64,000 nucleotides of DNA from Candidatus Altiarchaeota archaeon (GCA_043800705.1 JAZDMS010000021.1:1-64000); one strand, 5' to 3'; counted from the stretch's first letter, positions 28,317-38,460 are shown. Notes: generated from the letters alone by a model not told the origin. Numbers and translations are program-made.

Positions 28317-29405
28317 TCAGGATTTGTCAAGCAGGTATTCCCATCTCCATTGCGTGTCCTTCAGCACCGCCTTGAGGTGGACCTTCAGCGTATCGCCCTT
28401 TTCGACGGCCGTCCTGCCGCCGCTTTGGAGGAACATGTGCTTCCAGTGCGTCAGGGGCTTCTTGGGGTCCGTCGACAGCGTGACGTTCTCGGAGAGCCTC
28501 GCCTCCCAGTACATGACGAAGCCGTGGAACTCCCCTTCCGATTCCATCACGAACTCGCCGGAATAATCTAGTTTCCGGTTCTCGGTTTCCGGTTCACGGT
28601 TTACGGTTTCCGGTTTGCGGTTTGCAGTTCTCTGTTCCCGGCCAAAACTGAAAACCGAAGACTGAGAACTGAGGACTGAATGCTGTATGCCATTTTCCAA
28701 GTCTATCGTAAAGACTTTGACCGGTTTCGCCAGGTATCTGCACCTGCCCATGTCGCAGTTCCTCACCTCCTTGGGGAACCTCCCGACAGACGAGTAGTCG
28801 ATGCCGTGGATGCTGCCGAAGAATCCCAGCCCTACGTCCTTCGACTCGACAGGCACGAGATAGACGTCTATGCGCTCCGGCATTATCCTCCCGCCGGGCT
28901 TCAGGAGGCGCCTGGCGTTGGCCACCTTGTAGGTGAGGCCCTCGTCGGTGAGGCGCATGCCGATGAGTTCGCAGATGATGCAGTCGACGGGGGGCATCTT
29001 CAGGTCGCGTATGTCGGCCCTGACGAATTCGACGTTGCTTAGGCCGTTATTTTTCGCGACGCTTCGCGCGACTTCGATGATTTCCGCGGGCTCGACACCT
29101 ATGACCGAGCCTGCGCCAGCCTTTGCCGCGAGCATCGCCAGTATGCCGGTCCCTGTGCCCACATCCAGCACCCGGTCGCCTGGCTTCACGGACTCCCTGA
29201 TAGCGGCCTCGAACGCCCGCATCCTTACCTCGTCCTTGAGGAGGGTCTGGTGGACCTCGATCTTCGACCACGTGTACTGGTATGCGGTGTCGGTGAAGAA
29301 GTATGCGGCCATGAGCCCGTCGAGAGCCAGAGTGGCGTCCGACAGGCGCATTATAAGGTCCCGCCATAGGATGCGGGGGGATGCTGACAGTCGTGGCAGT
29401 TGCAT
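28317..29405 (-). CDS. protein arginine methyltransferase (PRMT)-like SAM-dependent methyltransferase
   Basis: HQTLLKDEVR, VLDVGTGTGIL, double-E loop CELIGMRLTDE, FHGFVMYW and THW loop (LTHWKH). Confidence 0.8.
   Translation of the reverse strand: MQLPRLSASPRILWRDLIMRLSDATLALDGLMAAYFFTDTAYQYTWSKIEVHQTLLKDEVRMRAFEAAIRESVKPGDRVLDVGTGTGILAMLAAKAGAGSVIGVEPAEIIEVARSVAKNNGLSNVEFVRADIRDLKMPPVDCIICELIGMRLTDEGLTYKVANARRLLKPGGRIMPERIDVYLVPVESKDVGLGFFGSIHGIDYSSVGRFPKEVRNCDMGRCRYLAKPVKVFTIDLENGIQHSVLSSQSSVFSFGREQRTANRKPETVNREPETENRKLDYSGEFVMESEGEFHGFVMYWEARLSENVTLSTDPKKPLTHWKHMFLQSGGRTAVEKGDTLKVHLKAVLKDTQWRWEYLLDKS
28571..28686. repeat. inverted arrays of degenerate heptamers (GTTTCCG-like x10, then AAACTGA-like x5-6) inserted in frame in the PRMT-like gene
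   Basis: Read directly; encodes QHSVLSSQSSVFSFGREQRTANRKPETVNREPETENRK. Confidence 0.8.
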
Positions 29406-29407
29406 TT

Positions 29408-29923
29408 TTACCGGGTCATTATGTAGGCGCCGTCCTTTCCGCCGTCGATCTCCTTCAGCTTCACCCTGATCTCCTCGCTGACGGATGTAGGGATCTTCGC
29501 CCCGACAAAGTCGGCTGTTATGGGAAGCTCCCTGTGTCCGCGGTCTATCAGCACGGCGGTCTTGATGCTCCTTGGCCTGCCCTGGCCCATGACGGCATCC
29601 AATGCGGCCCGGATCGTCCTACCCGTGGACATTACGTCGTCTACGAGGATCACGTCCTTGTCGGTTATGCTGAAGGGTATGTCGGAACGGTCCTCGGTGC
29701 TTTCGGATTTCAGGTCGTCCCTGTGGGGGCGGGCGTCAAGGGAGCCTACCTTGACCCCCTTGCCGAGGTCCTTCGCGATCCTTCTGGCGAGGTTGTCCCC
29801 CCGTGTGATTATTCCAAGGACGACCATGTTCTTCGTGTCGGGGTACTCTGCGAGTATGGCCTTCGCGATCTTCGCGAGATTCCAGCCGATCTCCCCGTCG
29901 TCCATCACCTGTTTGACGCTCAT
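29408..29923 (-). CDS. pyrR: PyrR bifunctional regulator/uracil phosphoribosyltransferase
   Basis: GIITRG, VILVDDVMSTGRTIRAALDA and DRGHRELPITADFVG motifs. Confidence 0.92.
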   Translation of the reverse strand: MSVKQVMDDGEIGWNLAKIAKAILAEYPDTKNMVVLGIITRGDNLARRIAKDLGKGVKVGSLDARPHRDDLKSESTEDRSDIPFSITDKDVILVDDVMSTGRTIRAALDAVMGQGRPRSIKTAVLIDRGHRELPITADFVGAKIPTSVSEEIRVKLKEIDGGKDGAYIMTR

Positions 29924-30555
29924 ATTCTGGACCTCCTTATGAGGCTGCGGACGATCTCGATTGCCCCAAGCGAGTCCTTCTTGCTCACTATGAGAAAGGT
30001 GCTTTCGTAGCTTGATGACACTTCGACGACGTTGATCGACGCGCCCCCCAGCGCCATCATCAGCTGCGCGATGACGCCGGGCGTCTGCACGATCTCCGCA
30101 GGGCTCGTTATTATTATCGCCGAAAGGTCGCTTATTGTCTTTAGTAGCTCCCCCTTTTTATAGTCCAACAGTTCGATCGATGCGTCGTCAACGAAGACCG
30201 TCGACGTGTCGATGCCCTGGACCTTGACGTAGAAGGCCGGCTGCCTCGCCGGCTGCGTCATTATCTGCGGCTTGCCCCTCATGTAGAGGATTGTGATGTC
30301 ATCCATCAGCTGCAGCCTGCTTCTCCCCAGGATGCTCGAATACCTGGCTTCCGTGTCGGCCTTCACCCTGAGCCCGATGCGCTGGAGGGTGACTGCTATG
30401 GTGGATATGCCCGCCTTCTGCCCTGCGGCCTTGGATACCTCGGGCTGTATCCGCTGAGCCAGGCGACGATTGTTAACGATCCCCATCCGCATGGCGTCGA
30501 GTATCCTCAGGTCGGAATGGATGACCTCATCGACCGCCTTGGATATCGGCTTCAT
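29920..30555 (-). CDS. archaeal ACT-domain regulatory protein
   Basis: GIVNNRRLAQRI N-terminal domain; TPGVIAQL..INVVEVSSSYES ACT domain. Confidence 0.8.
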   Translation of the reverse strand: MKPISKAVDEVIHSDLRILDAMRMGIVNNRRLAQRIQPEVSKAAGQKAGISTIAVTLQRIGLRVKADTEARYSSILGRSRLQLMDDITILYMRGKPQIMTQPARQPAFYVKVQGIDTSTVFVDDASIELLDYKKGELLKTISDLSAIIITSPAEIVQTPGVIAQLMMALGGASINVVEVSSSYESTFLIVSKKDSLGAIEIVRSLIRRSRI

Positions 30556-30658
30556 TGATACACCTTTGTAATGATTATAACAACCTGGTTATAAATGTAT
30601 CAAATACACGCAGGGGTTATATCCTTGTTACATCATATCATGTTACGGTGGTTTACCC

Positions 30659-31951
30659 ATGGACGACAAGAGCATCGACGTAAGGGACATAATAAAGAAG
30701 ATTGACGCAACACCTAAGCCGAAGGTGAAGAGGGCATGCCTGGCTTACTCGGGCGGCCTGGACTCGACCCTTGGCGTAGAGTTCCTGAGGAAGGTCTACA
30801 AATGCGACGACATCGTCGCTGTCACGCTCGACGTGGGCCAGGGGGAGGACGAGATAAAGGACTCGGAGATGAAGGCGAAGAAGTGCGGAATCAAGCCGAT
30901 AATGGTGGACGTGAAGGACGAGTTCACCGAGGTATGGCTGAAGAATGCGATCCGCGCCAACTCCAGCTACAACGGATACCCGGTAGCCACGTCGATGACA
31001 AGGCAGCTTGTCGCCGAGAAGGTGGCTTTAGAGGCCGTCAGGAACGGCTGCGACGCCATATTGGAGGGATGCACGGGCAAGGGCAACGACCAGTACAGGA
31101 TGCACAACGTCATCACATACTTCGCACCCGGGATCGAGATCCTCCAGCCGGTGAGGGACTTCGACCTGACCCGCTACGAGGAGGAGGCATTGGTCAAGCT
31201 GTGGAACGTCCCGGTCAGCGAGGGGATAACCGGAGGAGACGACAAGACCATGTGGTGCCGCTCCATAGCATCAGGCGCAGTCGACCTCAACCAGGAGCTC
31301 CCGGACGACATATGGATGTGGCTGGTGCCAGCAGAGAAGGCTCCGGACAAGGCGACGACCATAGAGATCGAATTCGAGGAAGGCGTCCCCGTCGCCATGA
31401 ACGGCAGGAGGATGAAGCTCGGCGAACTTGTCATGCAGCTGAACGTAGTCGCGGGCAGGAACGGCATAGGGAAGATCGACATGTTCGAGGACGGCATCAT
31501 GAACATGAAGAGCAGGGAGATCTACGAGGCCCCCGCAGCCGCAGTCATCCTGAAGTTGCACAGCGACCTGGAGCAGTGGTGCCTGACCAAGGACGAGATA
31601 CAGTTCAAGAAGACCGTCGATGCCAGGTGGGCATATATGGTCTACCACGGCGAATGGTATCACCCCCTCAAGGAGGACCTCGACGCGTTCATAGAGAAGA
31701 GCCAGGAGTTCTGCAGCGCCAAATACAAGGTGACGCTCTACAAGGGCAACGTCGACATCGTCTCCAGGGAATCGGACACAGGCCTGTTCAACAGGGAGAT
31801 GAGGTCGATCAAGACCCGCGGCTTCAACCAGCAATGGGCGATCGGCTCCACGAAGGTCGCGTCCCTGCAATGGCTGATAATGGCAAAAGCAGGCCGCGCA
31901 AAGTCCAGGCAGAAGAAGCCGGCAGCGAAGCCGAAGCCGCAGGCGGCGTAG
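30659..31951 (+). CDS. argG: argininosuccinate synthase (divergent copy)
   Basis: [20 protein letters not shown] and KSREIYEAPAA motifs. Confidence 0.9.
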   Translation: MDDKSIDVRDIIKKIDATPKPKVKRACLAYSGGLDSTLGVEFLRKVYKCDDIVAVTLDVGQGEDEIKDSEMKAKKCGIKPIMVDVKDEFTEVWLKNAIRANSSYNGYPVATSMTRQLVAEKVALEAVRNGCDAILEGCTGKGNDQYRMHNVITYFAPGIEILQPVRDFDLTRYEEEALVKLWNVPVSEGITGGDDKTMWCRSIASGAVDLNQELPDDIWMWLVPAEKAPDKATTIEIEFEEGVPVAMNGRRMKLGELVMQLNVVAGRNGIGKIDMFEDGIMNMKSREIYEAPAAAVILKLHSDLEQWCLTKDEIQFKKTVDARWAYMVYHGEWYHPLKEDLDAFIEKSQEFCSAKYKVTLYKGNVDIVSRESDTGLFNREMRSIKTRGFNQQWAIGSTKVASLQWLIMAKAGRAKSRQKKPAAKPKPQAA

Positions 31952-31960
31952 ACGGGATAA

Positions 31961-32109
31961 AGTCTTCGGTCCCCGGTCTTCGGCCCGCAGTCTTGGCCGA
32001 AGACCCACTTTTATTCTTAAAAAAGGGTTCACATATATGGAAGTCCACGGTTTTCGGTCCTCGGTCTTGAAGACGGGGGACTGAGAACTGAAAACCGGAG
32101 ACGGCAGAC
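31961..32109. repeat. intergenic degenerate heptamer arrays (GTCTTCG / GAAGACG / GAACTGA-like)
   Basis: Same family as 28571-28686 and 35115-35180. Confidence 0.65.
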
Positions 32110-32158
32110 ACCATCAATTCGGATAAAACAAAGGTAAAAAGGGAATAAGGTCAAGAAA

Positions 32159-33661
32159 ATGGCAAAACTGTGGGGAGGACGGTTCCAGAAGGAGTTCGCG
32201 AAGGGCGTCGAAGACTTCGTGCAGTCGGTCGAGGTCGACCGCGAGATGGTATCGGAGGACATCTGGGGAAGCGAAGCCCATGCGATAATGCTCGCCAAAT
32301 GCGGCATCATATCCGGCCACGACCTGAAGAAGATCCTCCACTGGCTGGAGAAGGCGAGGCAGGACTTCGAATCCGGTAAGCTCACACTCGACAAGGCCGA
32401 CGAGGACGTACACATGAACGTGGAGAAGTACGTCACAGGCGGCGCGGGCATTGAGTACGGCGGGAAGCTGCACACCGCCCGAAGCCGCAACGACCAGGTC
32501 CTCGTGGACGCGAAGCTCCACATCAGGTTCAAGATCATAGACGTGAAGCGCAGGATAATCGGTCTACAGAGGGTCTTTCTCAGGATTGCGGAGGAGAACA
32601 TCGAGACGCCCGTGCCGGGATACACCCACACCCAGGACGCGCAACCGATCACGCTCGCCTACTGGGCGACGGCCTACGTGAGCATGCTCATGAGGGACCT
32701 GGAGAGGCTCGACCACGCCTACCTGTCCGTCGACACCAACCCCCTGGGCTCGTGCGCCCTCGCGGGGACGAGCTTCCCCATCGACAGGAGGATGACTACG
32801 AGGCTCCTTGGGTTCCGCGACGTCCACAGGCACAGCCTCGACGCCATATCATCGAGGGACTTCATAGCGGAGACCATGTGCGCGCTCGCGATACTCATGA
32901 GCAACCTCAGCAAGCTCTCCGAGGAGATGGTCTACTGGAGCACATACGAGTTCCACATACTCGAGCTGGACGACAGCTACACCGCAGGCTCGTCGATCAT
33001 GCCGCAGAAGAAGAACCCATGCGTCGCTGAGCTCGTCCGCGGCAGGACAGGGCGCATATACGGCAGCCTAATGCAGCTTCTGACCATGATGAAGGGCATC
33101 CCGATGGGCTACAACAGGGACCTGCAGGAGGACAAGCCCCCCCTGTGGAACTCCCTCAAGGTCATGGAAGCCACCCTCGAAGTCGTCACCGGCATGGTTG
33201 ACACGATGAAGATCAACAAGGAGCGCCTGGCGCACCTGTCCGGCGCTAACTTCACGACCGCAACGGAGCTGGCCAATCACCTCGTCCGCGAGCGCGGCCT
33301 GAGCTTCCGCGAATGCCACCACATAGTCGGCTCCCTGGTCGGCGAACTCAGCCGCAAGGGGAAGAACTTCATGGACTTCGACGAGGTGCACGCGATACTC
33401 AAGAAACAGGGCGTCGAAGTGGGCTTCGACGAGATGAGGCAGATCTTCGACCCGAGGAACAACATCAGGACCTATAAGAGCCTCGGCAGCACATCGCCGA
33501 AGGAGGTGTCCGCCATGATCGCAGACTTCAAGAAGCAGACGGCAAAGAACGTGAAGATCGCGGACGCGCAAGAGGAGCGCATAGCCTCGGCCCGCAACCG
33601 CACGGTGAAGATCATAAAAGACGTCCTTTCCGGGAAGGACATAAAAGGCATAAAGGTTTAG
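32159..33661 (+). CDS. argH: argininosuccinate lyase
   Basis: [17 protein letters not shown] and [11 protein letters not shown] motifs. Confidence 0.97.
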   Translation: MAKLWGGRFQKEFAKGVEDFVQSVEVDREMVSEDIWGSEAHAIMLAKCGIISGHDLKKILHWLEKARQDFESGKLTLDKADEDVHMNVEKYVTGGAGIEYGGKLHTARSRNDQVLVDAKLHIRFKIIDVKRRIIGLQRVFLRIAEENIETPVPGYTHTQDAQPITLAYWATAYVSMLMRDLERLDHAYLSVDTNPLGSCALAGTSFPIDRRMTTRLLGFRDVHRHSLDAISSRDFIAETMCALAILMSNLSKLSEEMVYWSTYEFHILELDDSYTAGSSIMPQKKNPCVAELVRGRTGRIYGSLMQLLTMMKGIPMGYNRDLQEDKPPLWNSLKVMEATLEVVTGMVDTMKINKERLAHLSGANFTTATELANHLVRERGLSFRECHHIVGSLVGELSRKGKNFMDFDEVHAILKKQGVEVGFDEMRQIFDPRNNIRTYKSLGSTSPKEVSAMIADFKKQTAKNVKIADAQEERIASARNRTVKIIKDVLSGKDIKGIKV

Positions 33662-33671
33662 GTCGGATAAA

Positions 33672-34886
33672 ATGGCAAAAAATATTGTTTTGGCTTATTC
33701 GGGAGGTTTGGACACGAGCGTGATACTGAAGTGGCTCATCGACAAAGGATACGACGTCGTAGCATACGTCGCCGACGTCGGCCAAGGCGACGATTTCGAG
33801 AAGGTCAGGCAGAAGGCCCTCAAGGTCGGGGCGAAGAAGGTCTACGTCGAGGACATGAAGGAGGAGTTCGTGACCGGCTTCGTCTGGCGCGCGCTGAAAT
33901 CCAACGCCATATACGAGGGCAAATACCTCCTAGGGACGTCGATTGCGAGGCCTATCATCGCGAAGAGGCAGATCGAGATTGCGAGGAGGGAGAAGATTTC
34001 CGCGGTATCGCACGGTGCGACCGGCAAGGGCAACGACCAGGTCCGCTTCGAGGTGACGTACATGACCCTGATGCCCGAATGCGAGATAATCGCCCCCTGG
34101 AAGGACGAGGAGTTCCTTACGCAGTTCCAGGGCAGGGAGGACATGCTCGATTACGCGGCGAAGAACGGGATACAGGTGGATGCGACGAAGAAGAAGCCGT
34201 ACTCCAGCGACGAGAACATCATGCACAAGAGCTTCGAGGCCGGAGTCCTCGAGGACCCGGGCGCGGCGCCGCCTCCTGACATGTTCACGAAGACGGTGTC
34301 GCCGAAGGCTGCGCCGGACAGGGAGACGAAGGTGTCGGTCACGTTCGAGAAGGGCGTCCCTGTCAGGGTCGAATCAGGCGGGACCGTGAAGACGAAGCCG
34401 GTTGAGATCCTCACCTTCCTGAACAAATTGGGCGGCGAGAACGGCATCGGCCGCATAGACCTCGTCGAGAACCGCTATGTGGGGATGAAGAGCCGCGGAG
34501 TCTACGAGACGCCGGGTTACACGATTCTGCGGGTGGCGCACCTTGACATTGAGGGCCTTACGATGGACAGGGAGGTGCAGCACCTGAGGGACATGCTGTC
34601 TCCGAAGATCGCAGAACTCATGTATAACGGCTTCTGGTACGCGCCTGAGATGGAGTTTTTGATGGCCGCGGTCGACGAGAGCCAGAAATACGTCTCCGGC
34701 ACGGTGAACCTGACCCTCTATAAGGGCAACGTGACCGTGAACGGGAGGACGTCAGAGAACAGCCTCTACGACGCGAACATAGCCAGCATGGATGTCCATG
34801 GAAAATACAATCAAATGGACAGCGTAGGGTTCATAAAATTGAACGCGCTGCGTCTGAGGTTGTGGGCCAGCAAACACGGGAAGTAG
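33672..34886 (+). CDS. argG: argininosuccinate synthase (canonical copy)
   Basis: [37 protein letters not shown] and [10 protein letters not shown] motifs. Confidence 0.97.
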   Translation: MAKNIVLAYSGGLDTSVILKWLIDKGYDVVAYVADVGQGDDFEKVRQKALKVGAKKVYVEDMKEEFVTGFVWRALKSNAIYEGKYLLGTSIARPIIAKRQIEIARREKISAVSHGATGKGNDQVRFEVTYMTLMPECEIIAPWKDEEFLTQFQGREDMLDYAAKNGIQVDATKKKPYSSDENIMHKSFEAGVLEDPGAAPPPDMFTKTVSPKAAPDRETKVSVTFEKGVPVRVESGGTVKTKPVEILTFLNKLGGENGIGRIDLVENRYVGMKSRGVYETPGYTILRVAHLDIEGLTMDREVQHLRDMLSPKIAELMYNGFWYAPEMEFLMAAVDESQKYVSGTVNLTLYKGNVTVNGRTSENSLYDANIASMDVHGKYNQMDSVGFIKLNALRLRLWASKHGK

Positions 34887-35108
34887 ATTTCGTCAGTGCT
34901 GCCGAAAGTTAGCACATGTTTCTTTCTTTTTCGCCAGCGTTTTTCTTTCTTTGGCAAAGAAAGAAAAAGGCTGCAGATACATCCAGATGGACTCGGTAGG
35001 GTTTATCAAGTTGAACGCGCTGCGTCTGAGGTTGTGGGCCAGCAAACACGGGAAGTAGATTTCGTCAGTGCTGCCGAAGGTGGCACACTTTTTCTTTCTT
35101 TTTTCGTC
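34803..35108 (+). repeat. 172-bp-period duplication of the argG 3' end and downstream sequence, around a TTTTTCTTTCTTTG-G-CAAAGAAAGAAAAA hairpin
   Basis: 34839-34906 is identical to 35011-35078; the ~36 nt upstream differ mostly synonymously. Confidence 0.9.
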
Positions 35109-35114
35109 AACATT

Positions 35115-35182
35115 AGACAGAGGACCGAATACTGTAGACCGCAGACAGAAGACAGAGGACCGAAGACTGTAGACCGCAGACA
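35115..35182. repeat. intergenic degenerate heptamer array (AGACAGA/GGACCGA/AGACTGT)
   Basis: About 9-10 tandem units read directly. Confidence 0.7.
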
Positions 35183-35191
35183 GGGGATCGT

Positions 35192-35806
35192 TTAGTCGTC
35201 GGGTGCCTGTTCGTTGAGTACGCATCCCTGGCCTTTGACGCATCTCATGTTGTTCTGGCAGGTTTCGAGCTTCGTGTATACGGCCTCGTACTGGCAGCAT
35301 TTCTCCCCTGTCTTCTTGTCCTGCTCGCAGAGGGGGTTCAGGAGGTCCTTGTATACCTCGTCGTTCTTGCATTTGAAGTCGCTGTAGCTGGAGACCCCGC
35401 AGTCGCTGTTTGCTGTGCATGCTTTGCAGACCGGCGGCGGAGTCATCGTGGTCGTCGTGGGTATTATCATGATGCCTGCGCAGTTCTGGGCGCACTGCCA
35501 GCATTCGGTGTATTTAGAGGGAGTTGGCATAGTCGAGCCGGTAGTCGAGTCGCTTTGGCATACGGGGCAGGTCTGGCACTTCGGGCATTCGACGACTTTG
35601 CCGTCTGTCGATGTTGATATCGCAGGGCACTGGTTTTGGGCGTCTTTGACGCTTCCGTCGGAGCAGACGTATTTTGTGACCGTGTTCGTCTGTGTTCCGC
35701 CTTCGGCCGGCTTCAGGAACCATATGCTCGATCCGCCGAACAGTATCCCCAGGAGGAGGGCTATCGCCATTAGGACGGCGGTTAACACGATCTCTATTCT
35801 CTCCAT
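35192..35806 (-). CDS. membrane-anchored Cys-rich surface protein
   Basis: N-terminal TM, then YVCSDG..CP, CPKCQTCPVC and CTANSDCG motifs. Confidence 0.75.
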   Translation of the reverse strand: MERIEIVLTAVLMAIALLLGILFGGSSIWFLKPAEGGTQTNTVTKYVCSDGSVKDAQNQCPAISTSTDGKVVECPKCQTCPVCQSDSTTGSTMPTPSKYTECWQCAQNCAGIMIIPTTTTMTPPPVCKACTANSDCGVSSYSDFKCKNDEVYKDLLNPLCEQDKKTGEKCCQYEAVYTKLETCQNNMRCVKGQGCVLNEQAPDD

Positions 35807-35853
35807 TGACCTACTTATGGTGATTAAGCCTTAAAAATGTTGCATCGGCGCCC

Positions 35854-36423
35854 TTAGGACCGCCCGTATTTCCCGATAAGCTGCGTTTTGGCCAATATCC
35901 GGCCTTCCATGGCCTTCAGGAGTTCTGCTTTTCCAGCCGTCTTCGGCAGGCCCAGTTTTCGGTCGAGCGCATATGCCTTGAATACGTACCTGTGCACGCC
36001 GCTTGGCGGGCACGGTCCGCCGTATCCGGTGGTTCCGAAGCTGGTCCTCCCTTCCGTGCCCCACATTGGCGAACCCTCCCCGATGGAGGGATTGCGGGGG
36101 TCTATGTCCCAGAGCACCCAGTGGACCCAGTCTCCGGCCGGGGCGTCGGGGTCGTCTACGATCAACGCGACCGAGGCTGTTCCCGGCGGCTGGCCTTCCA
36201 GTCGCAGGGGCGGATTCACGTCTGCTCCGTCGCAGGTGTATTTTTTCGGTATCGTCCCGCCGTCTTCGAATGCCGCGCTTGTCAGCTTCATAGCCTCCAC
36301 CTCCTTTGGATTATCCTGCCCGGCTGCCACTGCCTCATCGGTCGGCCCGGGCCCGTCATCGCCTTGTCCTCCGATGCAGCCTGCCAGGAGCAACGCCCCC
36401 AATAGGGGGACCATCCGCTTCAC
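35854..36423 (-). CDS. YbhB/YbcL (PEBP) family lipoprotein
   Basis: LLAGC lipobox, DDPDAP..WVHW and YGGPCPPSGVHRYVF. Confidence 0.93.
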   Translation of the reverse strand: MKRMVPLLGALLLAGCIGGQGDDGPGPTDEAVAAGQDNPKEVEAMKLTSAAFEDGGTIPKKYTCDGADVNPPLRLEGQPPGTASVALIVDDPDAPAGDWVHWVLWDIDPRNPSIGEGSPMWGTEGRTSFGTTGYGGPCPPSGVHRYVFKAYALDRKLGLPKTAGKAELLKAMEGRILAKTQLIGKYGRS

Positions 36424-36520
36424 GAATGATTATTCGTCAGCGTGTAAAAAAGCGGTTGGTTCGGTCCCGGCCGAAGAAAAACGTGTGTTTTTATCTGGGT
36501 CTGCGGCGGATTATCCTAAC

Positions 36521-38419
36521 GTGAAAGCATACGTCCAGATTGGGATCCTCACGTGCCTCCTCTTTTTTTCCTTTGCGGCGGGGGCCTATGTCCTGAAATC
36601 CGATGATGTAGTCGCATCAGGCATCGAAAATGTCACATGGGCCGGCCTGAGGGGTATAACGAACCATAGCTTCGTGACGCCGACCACTATAGCGGCCCGT
36701 TCGGGGAACGGGAAGGCCGACGACTGGGCGTATGATCCCGGATCGGTTTCAGCGGACGGGATAATGGCGGCTTCCGCATCGGGGGGCATCCTGAACGGGC
36801 TAAGCCAGGGTTTGTTGATGAAATCCGCCCCACGGATGATGGCGGAGTCTGCGGCCTCTGATACCATCGGCTTCTCTGCCGGCGGGGCCAAGGACGTCAA
36901 CAGCTTCAGGGAAAACATCAGAAACGGTTTCCTCCCGTTGGAATCCGACATAACCTATGAAGGCCTGTTCTACGATTACTCGTTCGACACCGGGCGGCAG
37001 AAGGCGTGTTCGAAGCTCTTTTGTCCGTCGTACTCTTACGCGGTCTCCAAGGATCCGCTCTCCGGGAGGGATGACGTCTATCTTTCCGTGGGCCTCGATT
37101 CCGGGATGAGGCAGGAGGACTTCGAGAGGAAGAGGCTCAATCTCGTGATCGTGCTGGACGTTTCGGGTTCTATGGGCTCGCAGTTTGACAGGTACTACTA
37201 TGACAGGGCCGGTGGGAGGGCATCCTCCGAGCCGGACGCCGATGCCGGAAGGTCGAAGATGGAGGTGGCGACGAAGTCCGTCAACGCCCTCCTGGACCGG
37301 CTTGACGAAGGAGACCGTGTGGGAATCGTCCTCTTCGACCAGTCTTCGTATCTGGCCAAGCCGATGAACAGGGTCGGAGACACGGACATGGATGCGATAA
37401 AGGCCCACGTCCTGTCCATCCGCCCGAGGGGTTCGACGAACATGGAGGCCGGGATGCGAATGGGGACCGAGTTGTTCGGAGAATACCTGGAAGCGGACCC
37501 GTCAGAGTACGAGAACAGGGTCATCTTCCTCACGGACGCGATGCCCAACACGGGCCAGACAGGCGAGGAAAGCCTGCTTGGCCAGCTTCGGAGGAATGCC
37601 GACAAGGGCATATACGCCACATTCATCGGCATCGGCGTCGACTTCAACACGGAACTTGCCGGGGGGATAACGAAGGTGCGGGGCGCCAACTACTACAGCG
37701 TCCATTCCCCGAAGGAGTTCGAGGAGAGGATGGCTGACGGATTCGACTACATGGTGAGCCCGCTCGTATTCGACCTCAGGCTATCGCTCGACTCCCCCGG
37801 ATATGAGATATTGAAAGTCTACGGTTCGCCGGAGGCCGACGAGGCAACGGGAGACATAATGAGGATAAACACGCTCTTCCCGTCAAAAAACGATGCCGGA
37901 GAAGTCAAGGGCGGGATCGTCCTACTGAAGCTCAGGAAAACCTCCGATGACGGCACCTTGCGCCTTAAGGTCTCCTACGAGGACAGAAACGGCAGAAGGG
38001 AATACGTGAAGGAGGATGTCGAGGTCGAAGATGTTCGACCGGACGATTACCCAAACAGCGGCATACGCAAGGGCATACTCCTGGCAAGGTACGCAGACCT
38101 CATGAAGAGCTGGATAATCGACGAACGGGAGGGGGCTGCGATCCAGGCCCCGGTCAGCCCATATGTGAACGAGGATGTCGGCATAAGGTGTCCGCGCCCC
38201 ATCCCGCCAAGGCTCGGCCGGTGGGAGAGGCAGTCTATGCCCCTGATTGTGAGCGGGGGATATCCGCGGACGTTCGGAAGGTTCGAAACATATTTCCGTT
38301 ACGAGATGGCGGAGATAGGCGACGATTCCCTCGGCAGGGAGGTCGAAGTCCTCGGCATGCTCGGCCCGAGTGCCCGGAAATACGGGGGGAAGGTTGACGA
38401 CTGGGCAGGTACCGGTTAG
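36521..38419 (+). CDS. secreted von Willebrand factor A domain protein
   Basis: Start taken at GTG 36521; signal peptide, DVSGSM and FLTDA; paralog of 3729-5546. Confidence 0.88.
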   Translation: MKAYVQIGILTCLLFFSFAAGAYVLKSDDVVASGIENVTWAGLRGITNHSFVTPTTIAARSGNGKADDWAYDPGSVSADGIMAASASGGILNGLSQGLLMKSAPRMMAESAASDTIGFSAGGAKDVNSFRENIRNGFLPLESDITYEGLFYDYSFDTGRQKACSKLFCPSYSYAVSKDPLSGRDDVYLSVGLDSGMRQEDFERKRLNLVIVLDVSGSMGSQFDRYYYDRAGGRASSEPDADAGRSKMEVATKSVNALLDRLDEGDRVGIVLFDQSSYLAKPMNRVGDTDMDAIKAHVLSIRPRGSTNMEAGMRMGTELFGEYLEADPSEYENRVIFLTDAMPNTGQTGEESLLGQLRRNADKGIYATFIGIGVDFNTELAGGITKVRGANYYSVHSPKEFEERMADGFDYMVSPLVFDLRLSLDSPGYEILKVYGSPEADEATGDIMRINTLFPSKNDAGEVKGGIVLLKLRKTSDDGTLRLKVSYEDRNGRREYVKEDVEVEDVRPDDYPNSGIRKGILLARYADLMKSWIIDEREGAAIQAPVSPYVNEDVGIRCPRPIPPRLGRWERQSMPLIVSGGYPRTFGRFETYFRYEMAEIGDDSLGREVEVLGMLGPSARKYGGKVDDWAGTG

Positions 38420-38460
38420 TTACCGCCCGGTTTATATCTTCCTCCGTCATTTCTTACCCG

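Noticed and set aside
30736-32070. Long alternative-frame and antisense ORFs across the GC-rich backbone (e.g. 30736-32070, 57396-58637)
   Set aside because: They are shadows of high-GC3 genes with Arg/Gly/Pro-rich, motif-free translations.
34803-35078. Diversity-generating retroelement TR/VR pair
   Set aside because: Differences include non-adenine positions and are mostly synonymous, and no reverse transcriptase is in the window.
35888-36520. N-terminal extension of the 843-aa vWA ORF
   Set aside because: It is antisense to the PEBP gene; the signal peptide begins at GTG 36521.
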